Shown here piece after piece: positions 63,045 to 64,000 of a stretch of 64,000 nucleotides of DNA; the stretch's first letter is position 1, and the number at the start of each line of letters is the position of its first letter. Under the pieces are notes generated by a model, which ran no database searches, had not been told where the DNA came from, and was given only the letters and a program-made list of their open reading frames with translations. The stretch covers positions 1-64,000 of the forward strand of contig NIVC01001396.1 of assembly GCA_002269645.1 (NCBI GenBank), given 5' to 3'. The translations under genes and the position numbers were made by a program. This DNA comes from Macrostomum lignano. Its lineage: Eukaryota.

Positions 63045-63545
63045 CTACTCTAACTACTCCCACTACTCCCACTACTCCCACTACTCCCTCTACTCACTAT
63101 ACTCCCACTACTCAACTACTCCCACTACTACCACTACTCAACTACTGCCACTACTCTCACTACTCCCACTACTCACTACTCCCACTACTCACTACTCCCA
63201 CTACTCACTACTCCCACTACTCCCACCACTCCTCTACTCCCACTACTCACTACTCTCACTACTCACTACTCCCACTACTCCCACCACTCCTCTACTCCCA
63301 CTACTCCCACTACTCCCTCTACTCACTATACTCCCACTACTCAACTACTCCCACTACTACCACTACTCAACTACTGCCACTACTCTCACTACTCCCACTA
63401 CTCACTACTCCCACTACTCACTACTCCCACTACTCACTACTCCCACTACTCCCACCACTCCTCTACTCCCACTACTCACTACTCTCACTACTCCCACTAC
63501 TCCACTATTTCCACTACTCACTACTCACTGCTCCCATTACTCCAA
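63045..63545. repeat. (CTACTCCCA / CTACTCA)n simple tandem repeat
   Basis: Direct inspection. Confidence 0.93.
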
Positions 63546-63572
63546 CTCAATCTACATAAAGCAACCTGTCGG

Positions 63573-64000
63573 TCACTCGCAAGGCTCGATTCGTGGCCCA
63601 GTAATCACCATCAGGCTGTGAGAGTACTCCGACTCAATGCCGCCGCCCGTGACGCCGAGACAGTCGAATCCGTCGCAATAGGAGCCGTCGCTGTCGCCAG
63701 CCTGAGCTATGTTGACGCCGGCGCTGCCACCGCTGAGGCCGCCGCCTCCGCCGCCAACGAAGCCACCGTTGACGTCGGGACCTCCGCCTTCTCCACCGTC
63801 TCCTCCTCCATCAAACAGCGCCTGATCTCGATCGCCATCAGAGTTGTCCTTCCTTTTGTTTGCTTTGCCGTTCCATCCGGAGCCGCAGCCTCCTGGGTTG
63901 GCGCTGTTCGCGCCGGCGTTCGTTTCTTGATAGCCAGCCTGTCCGTTGGCTCCTCCGTTTAATCAAAGCTCTGCCGGCCACAAAATTGATTCGGTGGCGT
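63573..64000 (-). CDS. Partial glycine-rich protein with an ALK/LTK-like glycine-rich domain C-terminus
   Basis: The minus frame reads LNGGANGQAG...PGGCGSGWNG...DGGGDGGEGGG...GGFVGGGGGLSGGSAG...GSYCDGFDCLGVTGGG...LMVIT...*. This resembles the GGGGGYSGG...GGSY...GxVxI pattern. A one-base frameshift is needed near 63960, and the CDS runs off the window. Confidence 0.45.

Noticed and set aside
63618-63962. Plus-strand 114-aa Ala/Val-rich ORF
   Set aside because: More plausibly the antisense shadow of the minus-strand glycine-rich coding frame.

Overview
Eukaryotic (metazoan) genomic DNA: GC-rich exons, GT-AG introns and a very high tandem-repeat load. The gene set and repeat style resemble a free-living flatworm such as Macrostomum, which is inference only. 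Host genes: a 5'-partial DUF4139/F37C4.5-like gene (+, 64-8433), a calponin-family myophilin/transgelin-like gene (+, 17099-19159), an intronless DEG/ENaC channel (-, 19677-21305), a clockwork-orange-like bHLH-Orange factor (-, 39069-45162, first exon not found), SFSWAP (-, 50058-56975) and a partial glycine-rich ALK/LTK-like CDS at the right edge. The centrepiece is a nested insertion stack. A 20-bp satellite is split by a 5'-truncated RTE-type LINE. The RT frame of that LINE is interrupted by a 10,827-bp Polinton/Maverick-like element (24522-35348) with ~0.4-kb TIRs, an exact 6-bp TSD (AACCGC) and atypical 5'-AC...GT-3' ends. The element's only recognisable gene is a protein-primed DNA polymerase B split by spliceosomal introns; no integrase, ATPase or capsid ORF is visible, and this copy is damaged. 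It carries a tRNA-derived SINE and a foldback element. Also present: a second SINE copy, a 5'-inverted RNase H-bearing LINE, a second RTE copy, a perfect 68-bp-stem hairpin, and many introns filled almost end to end with satellites.
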